This document shows, in pieces, positions 20,730 to 30,031 of a stretch of 64,000 nt of DNA. The translations under genes were made by a program, and so were the position numbers. The notes beneath the pieces are model-generated. The model made no database searches and was not told the DNA's origin. It saw only the letters and a list, made by a program, of their open reading frames with translations. This DNA comes from Alphaproteobacteria bacterium (GTDB lineage Bacteria > Pseudomonadota > Alphaproteobacteria > UBA828): assembly GCA_965220745.1 (NCBI GenBank), contig CBDCQT010000012.1, positions 320,001-384,000 on the forward strand, read 5' to 3'. The stretch's first letter is position 1; each line of letters opens with the position of its first letter.

Positions 20730-21695
20730 ATGAACAACACCGCCAGATTTTTCTGCATTGCACTTGCTCTTGCGCTGGCCGCTTGTTCCAGCGGGTCGAT
20801 GGAAAAAGTCGAATCCGGACATAGCACCAGCTTCGACGGCGAGGTGCTGCGCATCGAATTCGAACGCGAGGACGGCGGCAAGGAACGGTTCAGCGCACTC
20901 AGGGACCGCTGGTACGCCTGGTCCTGGGTGCCCTTCCTGCCCAACCATTCGGGGCGGCGCTGGGTAATGGGAAAGACCGACCGGGAGGGCACCTCGGTCG
21001 CCTATGCCCTGGTAAGCTGGGACAATGACGAGCCCACCGACTACCTGGCCGCTGGGTACTGGATGCGCTTCGACGGATTCCGTCGCGACTACGACCTTCC
21101 CATCGCAGCCGCCGACCTCGTCATGTTCATCGACGGATCGGAGATCGACCCTGCAACTCCGCCCGAACTCCCGGTCTCGGGGACAGCGCGCTACACCGGC
21201 CAGGCAGGCGGAATCTACACCTACAGCTACGGCGGCGGCTGGAACGGGTACGATGGGCCCGACGCGGGGGAGGAGTTCTACGGCCCGATGACCGTCGATG
21301 CGAATTTCGACGACATGACCATCGCCGGCTGCATCGGCTGCGTCGGCGACCTCTGGATCGAGCGCGAGCACCTCTACTCGGTTCTTGGTCGGAGAGTCGC
21401 CGAGCCGCTCGCCATGCCCACCGACTACGAAATTCAGTTCGCCCCGACGAAGATCGAGTCCGAAGGCAATTTCCTGGGAGAAGACGTGACGGTCGCCCAT
21501 CCGACGCGGACCGTCACGCGGTCGGGTGGGGAATGGGGCGGCAGCCTTTCCAACCGCCCGGCGTCCGACGGCAATCCGCGCTTCGTTGCCGGCATCGCGA
21601 GTGCCGAGTTCATGGAGGCCGATGGCAGCGAGGGCGCGTTCAAGTCGATCTTCATCACGGTCCACCCGTCGCTGCTGCCCCCCGAGCAGCCCTGA
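20730..21695 (+). CDS. Lipoprotein with TbpB-like C-terminal beta-barrel
   Basis: Lipobox LAAC; LPVSGTARYTGQAGG, VDANFD, WGGSL strands recall TbpB_B_D barrels. Confidence 0.6.
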   Translation: MNNTARFFCIALALALAACSSGSMEKVESGHSTSFDGEVLRIEFEREDGGKERFSALRDRWYAWSWVPFLPNHSGRRWVMGKTDREGTSVAYALVSWDNDEPTDYLAAGYWMRFDGFRRDYDLPIAAADLVMFIDGSEIDPATPPELPVSGTARYTGQAGGIYTYSYGGGWNGYDGPDAGEEFYGPMTVDANFDDMTIAGCIGCVGDLWIEREHLYSVLGRRVAEPLAMPTDYEIQFAPTKIESEGNFLGEDVTVAHPTRTVTRSGGEWGGSLSNRPASDGNPRFVAGIASAEFMEADGSEGAFKSIFITVHPSLLPPEQP

Positions 21696-21824
21696 AGGCG
21701 GGCCTCTACGACCGTCACCCCAGTAGCCGCGCGGGGGCGGGGTGCGTGCGCGCCGCTGCGGTCGGCAAGGAAATTCGCGCGAATTTGTGGTATTGAGACG
21801 CAATATCGGAGGCCGGGGCTCCAG

Positions 21825-22286
21825 ATGACGGCACTGCCTGAGAGCGACGCTGTGGCACGCCTGCGCGAAGCCGGGCTTAGGCCCACGCGCCAGCGCATCG
21901 TCCTCGCTCGCCGGCTCTTCAGCGGGCCGCACAGGCATGTCACCGCCGCCGAGCTTCATGCCGAGGTGCTGCGGGAGGAGGCGGGAGTCTCCCTCGCCAC
22001 GGTCTACAACACCCTGCACCAGTTCACGAAGGCAGGTCTCCTGCGCGAGCTGGTGGTGGACGCGGGGCCCTCCTTCTTCGACACCAACACCACGCATCAC
22101 CAGCACTTCTTCCTGGAGGAGACCGGCCGCCTGGTCGATGTGCCGGGCGATCGCGTCGCGGTGAGCGACCTGCCGCCTGCGCCGCCAGGGACCAAAGTTT
22201 CGCGCATCGACGTGATCATCCGCGTGACCGGCGACGGGGCAGACGAGAGCTCGAAGGCCCCGCCCGGCGCTCGCACCCTGGAATGA
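21825..22286 (+). CDS. irr: Fur-family iron response regulator Irr
   Basis: GLRPTRQR, VSLATVYNTLHQF, FFDTNTTHHQHFF; no CxxC; adjacent ICE-like site. Confidence 0.85.
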   Translation: MTALPESDAVARLREAGLRPTRQRIVLARRLFSGPHRHVTAAELHAEVLREEAGVSLATVYNTLHQFTKAGLLRELVVDAGPSFFDTNTTHHQHFFLEETGRLVDVPGDRVAVSDLPPAPPGTKVSRIDVIIRVTGDGADESSKAPPGARTLE

Positions 22287-22293
22287 TTCCAAT
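22277..22293. promoter_or_regulatory. Iron control element (Irr box) upstream of rubrerythrin
   Basis: CCTGGAATGATTCCAAT matches TTTRGAAYNRTTCYAAA at 14/17 positions. Confidence 0.7.
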
Positions 22294-22296
22294 CCG

Positions 22297-22325
22297 TTGA
22301 CGGCGGCCGTGCACTGCGTCATATA
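22297..22325 (+). promoter_or_regulatory. Candidate sigma70 promoter of rubrerythrin
   Basis: TTGACG-N17-CATATA. Confidence 0.55.
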
Positions 22326-22408
22326 GAGTGCCGAATGCACCGGCCGTACTCGCGTCCTGCGATGCGGCGATCAAGCATCTCGAACCATGAGTTAGGGGGA
22401 ACAAGACC

Positions 22409-22828
22409 ATGCCAGCATTGGGTGGAAGCAAGACCGAGCAGAATCTGAAGGACGCCTTCGCCGGCGAGTCACAGGCCAACCGCCGCTACCTCTACTTCGC
22501 CCGCAAGGCGGACGTGGAGGGCCACAACGACGTCTCGGCGCTCTTCCGCTCGACCGCCGAGGGCGAGACCGGCCATGCGCACGGCCATCTCGACTACCTG
22601 GTGGAGACCGGCGATCCGGCCACCGGCCTGCCGATCGGCCAGACCAGCGAAAATCTGGCGGCTGCCGTCGCCGGTGAGACCCACGAATACACCGACATGT
22701 ATCCGGGCATGGCGCGCACCGCCCGCGACGAGGGCTTCGACGAGATCGCGGACTGGTTCGAGACCCTGGCGAAGGCGGAAAAATCCCACGCCGGGCGCTT
22801 CCAGAAGGCGCTCGACGGCCTCGACTGA
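22409..22828 (+). CDS. rbr: Rubrerythrin (short form, no rubredoxin domain)
   Basis: [37 protein letters not shown] diiron motifs. Confidence 0.92.
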   Translation: MPALGGSKTEQNLKDAFAGESQANRRYLYFARKADVEGHNDVSALFRSTAEGETGHAHGHLDYLVETGDPATGLPIGQTSENLAAAVAGETHEYTDMYPGMARTARDEGFDEIADWFETLAKAEKSHAGRFQKALDGLD

Positions 22829-22876
22829 GCGCCCCTCAAGAATGACCGCCGGCGTCGCCTGGGCGCGCTCACGCGC

Positions 22877-23902
22877 TCAGGCGGGCGCCGGTGCGCGCAT
22901 GTATCGGCTCGTCTCGCCGGGCGGGGTCGCGAGCCGGATCACGCCGCTGTCGTGCAGCTCCCGCAGATAGCGAAAGCCCTTGGCGTACTCCGAGAGAATG
23001 TGCTCGCCCGAGCGGAACCCGCGATAGCGCACGGGCCGCTCGGCCGTGACGAAGGGCGCAAGCGGCTCGACCCAGGCGTCGAAGTTCGCGGCGAAAAAGA
23101 GCGGTAGCGAGTAGCGCTCCTCGTCGATTCCCATCACCCGGTGCGGGCCCGAGGTGAAGAGCCCGTTGGTCCAGGTTTCCAGCGTGTCTCCCACGTTGAC
23201 GACGAGGCTGCCCGGCAGGGGCCGCACGTCGATCCACTCGCCGTCCACGCTCATCACCTGCAGCCCCGGCTTGGTCTGGTGCAGGATGGTGAAGCACTCC
23301 GAATCGGTGTGCGAGCCGATCCCGAGACGAAGCCGTTCCGATCCGGTGCCCGGCTCCGGCGCCGGGTAGTGGAGCAGCCGCAGGTTCGACGTGGGCTTCG
23401 TGAACATCGGCGCGAACGCATCTTCCGGCAGGTCGAGGGCACGGGCGAAGGCAGGGAGAAGCCGGCGCCCGAAGGCCATGACCGCCTCGTAGTAGCCGCC
23501 GACGGTCTCGCGAAAGCTGGGCAGGTCGGGCCAGACGTTGGGGCCGAGGAAGCGATAGCCCGCGACGTAGTCCGGGTCGTCGTCGGGCAGGTCGGCGGCG
23601 AGGTCGAAGGATGCCTTCCGGCCCACGCCCGGCTCGTCGCCATAGTCCTCTTCGCCCGGCGGCACATAGCCCCGGTGGTTGCGCGACTTCGCGATGTGGT
23701 AGCGCCGCTTCTCCTCGTCCGGCAGCGCATGGAAGCGCGCGGCCTGCTCGTAGGTGGCAGCGATCAGCGACTCCGGCACGCCGTGGCCGGTGACGTGGAA
23801 AAACCCGGTTCCCCGGCAGGCCTCGCCGATCGCGCCGCAGAGCGCGCGTCGGGCGGCGCTCTCGCCCGCGTCGAGAGCGTTCGCGTCGATGACCGGAATC
23901 AC
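22877..23902 (-). CDS. 2-oxoglutarate/Fe(II) oxygenase, IPNS/DIOX family
   Basis: [18 protein letters not shown]...H triad, RYS motif. Confidence 0.9.
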   Translation of the reverse strand: MIPVIDANALDAGESAARRALCGAIGEACRGTGFFHVTGHGVPESLIAATYEQAARFHALPDEEKRRYHIAKSRNHRGYVPPGEEDYGDEPGVGRKASFDLAADLPDDDPDYVAGYRFLGPNVWPDLPSFRETVGGYYEAVMAFGRRLLPAFARALDLPEDAFAPMFTKPTSNLRLLHYPAPEPGTGSERLRLGIGSHTDSECFTILHQTKPGLQVMSVDGEWIDVRPLPGSLVVNVGDTLETWTNGLFTSGPHRVMGIDEERYSLPLFFAANFDAWVEPLAPFVTAERPVRYRGFRSGEHILSEYAKGFRYLRELHDSGVIRLATPPGETSRYMRAPAPA

Positions 23903-24957
23903 GCGCCGGCCAGGCGGAACACCTCAGCAAACGCCGGGTGGATGCCCGCTGCGCCAAACGCCTCAAGGTCGCTCGAGCACGAGTTCTGGCTGAGCACGGC
24001 GGTGATCCCGCTGGGCTCGTGATGGCCGGCCATGGTGACGTGCCCGCGCAGCTGGCCGAGGTGGCCCTCGATCACAAGCTCGCCGAATCGGGAGACCAGG
24101 ACCCCGTGGCCGCAATGGGTGATGTTCGTGCCTGGGAATGAGGCCGGTAGCAGCGGGCCGCGCAGCATGGCGAGGGCGTCGTTCTCCAACACCTGCCCGG
24201 TGAAGAGCGCGTGAATGCCCCGCGCGAGGTCGCGCGGTGTCGTGACCAGATCGCCCGCCGCCCCGATGCCGGAGAGCGGAAACCAGTCGGAGGAATCCTC
24301 CGGCGGTGCCTCGGGCTCGGTGGAATCGAAGACGTATTGACGGGCCAGGTGTTCGCGCGGGAAGGCCTCGTCGCCGCCGCTCCAGGTCTCGGCCATGCCC
24401 GCCGGCTCGAAGACCGCGCGCCCGAGCCATTGGGAGAGCACCTCGCCCCGCTCGCTGGCGACGATCTCGCCCGCCAGCACGTAGCCGGGATTGGAATAGA
24501 TGAAGGCCTCACCGGGCGTGATCTGCGTTCCGTTGGCGAGCGCGAAGTCGATGATTCTCTCGGGCGTCCAGTCGTCGGCCGCGCCCTTGGGCATGAACGC
24601 CTCGTACTCGGGCAGGCCGCTGCGGTGACTGAGCAGGTGACGCACGCGGATCTCGTCCGCGCGCGGCAGGTGCGGGAGCCACCCCTCGATGGTCTGGTCG
24701 AGGCCGATCCGCCCCTCGCTCACCAGCGCGAGCACGGCAACGGCGGTCCAGGTCTTCTTGGTGCTCGCGGTCTTGAACAGGTGGTCGGGGGTGAGCGGCG
24801 CTCCCGTCTCGCGATTGGCGCAGCCGGCGGCGAGAGTCAGCACCCCTTCGCCCGGCCGGATGAGGGCGAGCGAAGCGCCGACGATGCCCTGCACCACGTG
24901 GTCGCTCAGCACCCGGTCGAGCTGGGATACCAGAACGTCGGTCTCCGGCTTCAGCAT
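23899..24957 (-). CDS. Serine hydrolase, beta-lactamase/PBP family
   Basis: SxxK (STKK), LLSHRSG, YSN, GHLG; an in-frame upstream ATG also exists at 25110. Confidence 0.85.
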   Translation of the reverse strand: MLKPETDVLVSQLDRVLSDHVVQGIVGASLALIRPGEGVLTLAAGCANRETGAPLTPDHLFKTASTKKTWTAVAVLALVSEGRIGLDQTIEGWLPHLPRADEIRVRHLLSHRSGLPEYEAFMPKGAADDWTPERIIDFALANGTQITPGEAFIYSNPGYVLAGEIVASERGEVLSQWLGRAVFEPAGMAETWSGGDEAFPREHLARQYVFDSTEPEAPPEDSSDWFPLSGIGAAGDLVTTPRDLARGIHALFTGQVLENDALAMLRGPLLPASFPGTNITHCGHGVLVSRFGELVIEGHLGQLRGHVTMAGHHEPSGITAVLSQNSCSSDLEAFGAAGIHPAFAEVFRLAGA

Positions 24958-25195
24958 CGTCGCCCCCGTTCCGCTGTGCCCGCGCTCACCATAGCACGGG
25001 CCCGCCGCGCCGGCGGAAGGCGGGACCGGGCGGCACGACGTAGGGTTCCGTAGCCCAGACCATGGCCGTGTTGAGCAACGGCGGGGTGTGCGCTTGCTCT
25101 TGCACTTCATGGCGCGATACTGCCCCGAGCGGCACGCGCCCTGCACCCCACCATGGTCCGGGGCGTTAGCACGCTGCAGCGAAGGGGGAGCACGC

Positions 25196-27556
25196 ATGGC
25201 GCACGTCGGCGCGGCGCACACACGCCTTGAAGACGATCGCTTTCTGACCGGCCGGGGCCGGTTCGTGGACGACATCCGCCTGCCGGGGGAGGCGTATGCC
25301 GCCTTCGTCCGCAGTCCCCACGCCCGCGCCCGCATCGGAGCGATCGCCACGGAGCGCGCACGTGCCATGCCGGGCGTGCTGGCCGTGCTTACCGGCGAGG
25401 ACTGGCGCCGCGACGGCGGCGGCGAGACCGACGTGCTGTGGGACATCAACTCCCACGACGGCACGCCGATGAACATCGCCCGCCGGCCGATCTTCGCCTC
25501 CGGCGAGGCCCGTCACGTGGGCGACACGGTGGCCCTCGTCGTCGCGGACGACCCGCATACCGCCGCCGACGCTGCGGCCGCCGTCGAGGTCGCGTGGGAG
25601 CCACTCCCCTCGATCACCGATCTCGCCGCGTCGGTCGAGGCGGATGCGCCGCTGGTGCACGAGGAGTTCGGCAGCAACGTCGCCTACGACTGGCGGCTCG
25701 GCGATGCCGAGGCGACGGAAGCCGCGTTCGCCGCTGCCGCCCACTCCACCGCGCTCTCGCTGAACAACAACCGCCTCGCGCCGAGTGCCATGGAGCCGCG
25801 CGCGGCCATCGGCGCGTACGGTCGCGGCGATGGGCGCTACACCCTCTGGTCCACCACGCAGAACCCGCATCTGGTCCGCCAGTGGCTCTCGCGCGACACG
25901 CTGCGCGCGCCCGAGCACACGATCAGGGTGGTGGCGCCCGATGTGGGCGGCGGCTTCGGCCAGAAGACCTATCACTACCCGGAGGAGGCGAGCCTGCCCT
26001 GGGCCGCGCGAATAGTGGGCCGGCCGGTGCGCTGGACCGCGACCCGTACCGAGACGCTCGCAGTGGATATCCACGCCCGCGACCACGTGACCGAGGCGCG
26101 CATGGCCTTCGATGAAGACGGGCGCATCGCCGCCGTCGAGGCCAACATCATCGCCAATCTCGGCGCCTATCAGAGTCAATTCGCCGCCTGCATCCCGACG
26201 CTCTTCTGCGTCACCATGTTCTCCGGCCAGTATGCGATCCCCGCTCTGCACTGCCGGGTGCTCGGCGTCTACACCAACACCACGCCGATCGACGCCTATC
26301 GCGGCGCCGGCAATCCCGAGATCACCTACGTCATCGAGCGCTTGATCGAGAACGGCGCGCGGGAGATGGCCGCCGAATCGGTCGAGGCCCGCGCGCGCAA
26401 CCTCGTGCCTGCCGCCGCCATGCCCTATGCGAGCGCGACCGGCGTCACCTACGACGTGGGCGACTTCCCGGCGGTGCTCGACAAGGCCCGCGCGCTCGCC
26501 GATCTCGACGCGCTCAAGGCCGAGCAGGCGAGGCTCCGGGAGGACGGCGTGCTGATGGGGATTGGCATGGCGGCCTTCATCCGTTCCGGCGGCGCGGGGC
26601 CCAGCCGGCTTGCCGCGGCCCTCGGCAGCCGCATGGGGCTCTGGGATGTGGCCACCGTCCGCGTCCATCCCAGCGGCAAGATCACCGTGCTCTGCGGCAG
26701 CCACAACCACGGCCAGTCCCACGCCACGACCTACGCACAGATCGTCGCGGACCGCTTCGGCTGCGACATGGCCGACATCGACGTCGTCGAAGGCGATACG
26801 GACCGGATCCCTCACGGCCTCGGCACCTGGGCCTCGCGCTCGATCACGGTGGTGGGCTCGGCGCTCGCCGTCGCCTCCGATCGCATCATCGACAAGGGCC
26901 GCCGTCTCGCCGCCCACCTCATGGAATGCGCCGTGGAGGACATCGACTTCGGGGCCGGCGCCTATTCCGTGCGCGGCACCGACCGGCGGATGACCTTCGT
27001 CGAGATCGCCGACATGGCCTATCGCGGCGCCGACTACCCCGAGGGCTTCGAGCTCGGGCTGGAAGAGGCGGCGTTCTTCGACCCGGACGACTTCAACTAT
27101 CCCTACGGCACCCACGTCGCCACGGTCACCGTCGATCCCGAGACCGGCGCGGTGCGGCTCACCGGCTACTACTCGGTGGAGGACATGGGCCTCGTGATCA
27201 ACCCGCTGGTGGTGGACGGCCAGCGCCACGGCGCCGCCGCCCAGGGCATCGGCCAGGCGCTGCTGGAGGACGTGCGCTACGAGCCGGACTCGGGCCAGCT
27301 GCTCACCGGCTCCTTCATGGACTACACGATCCCCCGCGCCGACGACATGCCGGACTTCGCGCTCGACAGCCACGTGACGCTGACCGAGACCAACCCGCTC
27401 GGCGTCAAGGGCGTGGGCGAGCTCGGCACTGCCGGGCCGCCGGCCGCGATCGGCAACGCCATCCTCGACGCGCTCTGGCACCTCGGCGTGCGCCAGATGG
27501 AGATGCCGTTCACGGCCGAGCGGGTCTGGCGCGCGATGCGCGACGCCTCCGCGTAG
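25196..27556 (+). CDS. Xanthine dehydrogenase family Mo-binding large subunit (CoxL form II-like)
   Basis: DVGGGFGQK, AYRGAGNPE, KGVGELG; GGGGAG RBS before ATG 25196. Confidence 0.9.
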   Translation: MAHVGAAHTRLEDDRFLTGRGRFVDDIRLPGEAYAAFVRSPHARARIGAIATERARAMPGVLAVLTGEDWRRDGGGETDVLWDINSHDGTPMNIARRPIFASGEARHVGDTVALVVADDPHTAADAAAAVEVAWEPLPSITDLAASVEADAPLVHEEFGSNVAYDWRLGDAEATEAAFAAAAHSTALSLNNNRLAPSAMEPRAAIGAYGRGDGRYTLWSTTQNPHLVRQWLSRDTLRAPEHTIRVVAPDVGGGFGQKTYHYPEEASLPWAARIVGRPVRWTATRTETLAVDIHARDHVTEARMAFDEDGRIAAVEANIIANLGAYQSQFAACIPTLFCVTMFSGQYAIPALHCRVLGVYTNTTPIDAYRGAGNPEITYVIERLIENGAREMAAESVEARARNLVPAAAMPYASATGVTYDVGDFPAVLDKARALADLDALKAEQARLREDGVLMGIGMAAFIRSGGAGPSRLAAALGSRMGLWDVATVRVHPSGKITVLCGSHNHGQSHATTYAQIVADRFGCDMADIDVVEGDTDRIPHGLGTWASRSITVVGSALAVASDRIIDKGRRLAAHLMECAVEDIDFGAGAYSVRGTDRRMTFVEIADMAYRGADYPEGFELGLEEAAFFDPDDFNYPYGTHVATVTVDPETGAVRLTGYYSVEDMGLVINPLVVDGQRHGAAAQGIGQALLEDVRYEPDSGQLLTGSFMDYTIPRADDMPDFALDSHVTLTETNPLGVKGVGELGTAGPPAAIGNAILDALWHLGVRQMEMPFTAERVWRAMRDASA

Positions 27557-27581
27557 CCCCGGCGCTGCCCGCCGCGCCCCG

Positions 27582-29102
27582 TTACCGCAGGAACAGGCGG
27601 TAGGCGGGATTGTCGGTCTCCTCCCGGTAGTCGTACCCCACCTGCGCGAGGAACGACTGGAAGTCCGCGCGCTCGGCTTGCGGCACCTGCAGGCCGATCA
27701 GGACCCGGCCGTAGTCCGAGCCGTGGTTGCGGTAGTGGAACATGCTGATGTTCCACGGCCGGCGGCCCATCTGCGTGAGAAAGTGCATGAGCGCGCCCGG
27801 CCGCTCGGGAAAGTCGAAGCGATAGAGCACCTCGTCCAGCTCGCCCGGCGCGTGGCCGCCCACCATGTGGCGCACGTGGAGCTTGGCCATCTCGTTGTCG
27901 GTCAGGTCCAGGACGGGATAGCCGTCGCGCTCCAGCGCATCGACGAGTGACTGCTTGTCGGCACCGGCATCGCTGATCTCCACGCCGACGAAGATGTGCG
28001 CCTCCGCCCCGTCGGCATAGCGGTAGTTGAACTCGGTGATCGAGCGGTTGCCGATCAGCTCGCAGAAACGCAGCAGGCTTCCGGGCCGCTCGGGGATGGT
28101 CACCGCGAGCAGGCTCTCCCGCTGCTCGCCGAGCTGCGCCCGCTGGGCGATGTGGCGGAGGCGGTCGAAGTTGACGTTGGCGCCGCTCACCACTGCCGCG
28201 AAGCGATGGCCGTCCGCGGCGCCTTCCCGCTCGACGTAGCGCTTGAGCCCCGCCACCGCGAGCGCGCCCGCCGGCTCCGCGATCGAGCGCGTATCCTCGA
28301 AGATGTCCTTGATCGCCGCGCAGATTTCGTCGGTGGAGACCAGCACGACCTCGTCCACGCGCTCGCGCGCGATACGGAAGGGCTCGGCCCCGATCTGCTT
28401 CACCGCGACGCCGTCGGCGAAGATGCCGACGCTCTCCAGCACCACCCGCTCGCCCGCCGCGAGCGCCGCGTGCAGGGTCGGCGTCTCCTGCGGCTCGACG
28501 CCCACGATGCGCGTCTCCGGCCACAGCGCCTTGATGTAGGCGGCGATGCCGGCGATGAGTCCGCCGCCGCCGACGCTGACGAAGATGGCATCGAAGGGCT
28601 CGCCCTGCTGGCGCACGATCTCCATCCCCACCGTGCCCTGGCCTGCGATGACGTGCTCGTCGTCGTAGGGCGGAATCAGGACCATGCCGCGCTCGGCGGC
28701 GAGGGCTTCCGCTCTCTCCTTCGCCTCGTCGTAGGAGGAGCCGGAGAGCAGCACCTCGGCGCCGAGCCGCTCGACCGCGTCCACCTTGATGCGGGGCGCG
28801 GTCTCCGGCATGACGATGAGCGCCTGGACGCGCAGCCTGCGCGCCGCCAACGCGACCCCCTGCGCATGATTGCCGGCGGACGACGCGATCACCCCCCGCG
28901 CCCGCTCCTCGGGCGCGAGCGAGGTGAGTTTGTTGTAGGCGCCTCGGAGCTTGAACGAGAAGACCGGCTGCAGGTCCTCCCGCTTGAGCCAGACCTCGCA
29001 GCCGAGCCGCGAGGAGAGCTTTGGGGCACGCTCCAGGGGCGTCTCGCGCGCCACGTCGTAGACGCGCGCCTTCAGGATTTTCGTCACGTAGTCTCGGGAC
29101 AT
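27582..29102 (-). CDS. ilvA: Biosynthetic threonine ammonia-lyase, long form with two regulatory domains
   Basis: KREDLQPVFSFKLRGA, SAGNHAQG, IPERPGS and FPERPGA repeats, FHYRNHG. Confidence 0.95.
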   Translation of the reverse strand: MSRDYVTKILKARVYDVARETPLERAPKLSSRLGCEVWLKREDLQPVFSFKLRGAYNKLTSLAPEERARGVIASSAGNHAQGVALAARRLRVQALIVMPETAPRIKVDAVERLGAEVLLSGSSYDEAKERAEALAAERGMVLIPPYDDEHVIAGQGTVGMEIVRQQGEPFDAIFVSVGGGGLIAGIAAYIKALWPETRIVGVEPQETPTLHAALAAGERVVLESVGIFADGVAVKQIGAEPFRIARERVDEVVLVSTDEICAAIKDIFEDTRSIAEPAGALAVAGLKRYVEREGAADGHRFAAVVSGANVNFDRLRHIAQRAQLGEQRESLLAVTIPERPGSLLRFCELIGNRSITEFNYRYADGAEAHIFVGVEISDAGADKQSLVDALERDGYPVLDLTDNEMAKLHVRHMVGGHAPGELDEVLYRFDFPERPGALMHFLTQMGRRPWNISMFHYRNHGSDYGRVLIGLQVPQAERADFQSFLAQVGYDYREETDNPAYRLFLR

Positions 29103-29215
29103 GGGGCGGGCTCATTCGCATGGGTGCTGCCGCGGCAGCCGGTACTCCACCGGCGTCCGCGCCGCGACGCATTCACATGGGAACGCGGCGGAATCAAATC
29201 AATCCACAGTCTCCA

Positions 29216-30031
29216 TCATGCCCGGATCTGCCCGGCGCTGCCCGGACTTGATCCGGGTATCCGGGTTTCCCGGCATCTTTCTCCGCCGGGGCTTCGCTCT
29301 GACATGCCAGGAGACGGGAACGATTTATTCAGGCGGGACTCGCCGGGATCAGCTGGGATTGATGGGTATAGGCGGGCTTCGGCGGGGTTCCACGGGTCCA
29401 CCGGCACCGATGTGACGGTGCGGGGAGCAGGCGGCGGCGGGGGTGGCGGGGGCCTGCCCTCCACCTCCGCGCGGATGATGGCGACCGCCTCCGGCGAGAG
29501 CCCGCCCTGGCCCTTGGCCCGGCCGGCGCCCTGCGCCGCCTTCTTTGCCGCCTGCTCCCGGTCTGTGCGGAGCTTGTCGGTGCCCTCGATGCGCTTGAGG
29601 GTGAGGGCGAGGCGGGCGAGCTCCTCCGTCGACACGGGCTCTTCCCGCGCGCTGAGACGAGCCATGGTGGAGAGCACCATCGTCCGCAGGGTCTCGATCA
29701 GCACGAGCCCCGCCTGGCCCTCTGGGCGCTCGCCCAGCGCATCCACCCACGCCTTGATGGTGCGGTCGGTTTCCTGCTGCTGGCGGATCATGTCGCGCAT
29801 GTTCTTGGCGTAGCGGCCGACGGCCGAGCGCGAGCATGTCTCGCCTTCGGCCCGGATGCGGGCGGTGATCTGGTCGATGGTGTCGCCGTCCGCGATGGCC
29901 TGATCGACGGCCTCGCGCAGCTTGGCCGGCAGGCGCTTGATGGAGGAGCGGCTGAACGCCGCCGCCGGCGTGGTCTGTCGGGTTTCGTTCTGCATGGCGT
30001 GGCTGTTCTCGCGGGATGGTTCCTGGCTCAT
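29216..30031 (-). CDS. DUF3486 (phage Mu gp27-like) protein with Pro-rich C-terminal extension
   Basis: SSIKRLPAKLREAVDQAIADG-TIDQI...SRSAVGRY and GLSPEAVAIIRAEV recall DUF3486; start 30031 or 29995. Confidence 0.7.
   Translation of the reverse strand: MSQEPSRENSHAMQNETRQTTPAAAFSRSSIKRLPAKLREAVDQAIADGDTIDQITARIRAEGETCSRSAVGRYAKNMRDMIRQQQETDRTIKAWVDALGERPEGQAGLVLIETLRTMVLSTMARLSAREEPVSTEELARLALTLKRIEGTDKLRTDREQAAKKAAQGAGRAKGQGGLSPEAVAIIRAEVEGRPPPPPPPPAPRTVTSVPVDPWNPAEARLYPSIPADPGESRLNKSFPSPGMSERSPGGERCRETRIPGSSPGSAGQIRA

Noticed and set aside
25196-27556. Aerobic CO dehydrogenase call for any of the three CoxL-like genes
   Set aside because: None has the AYRCSFR Cu-binding motif
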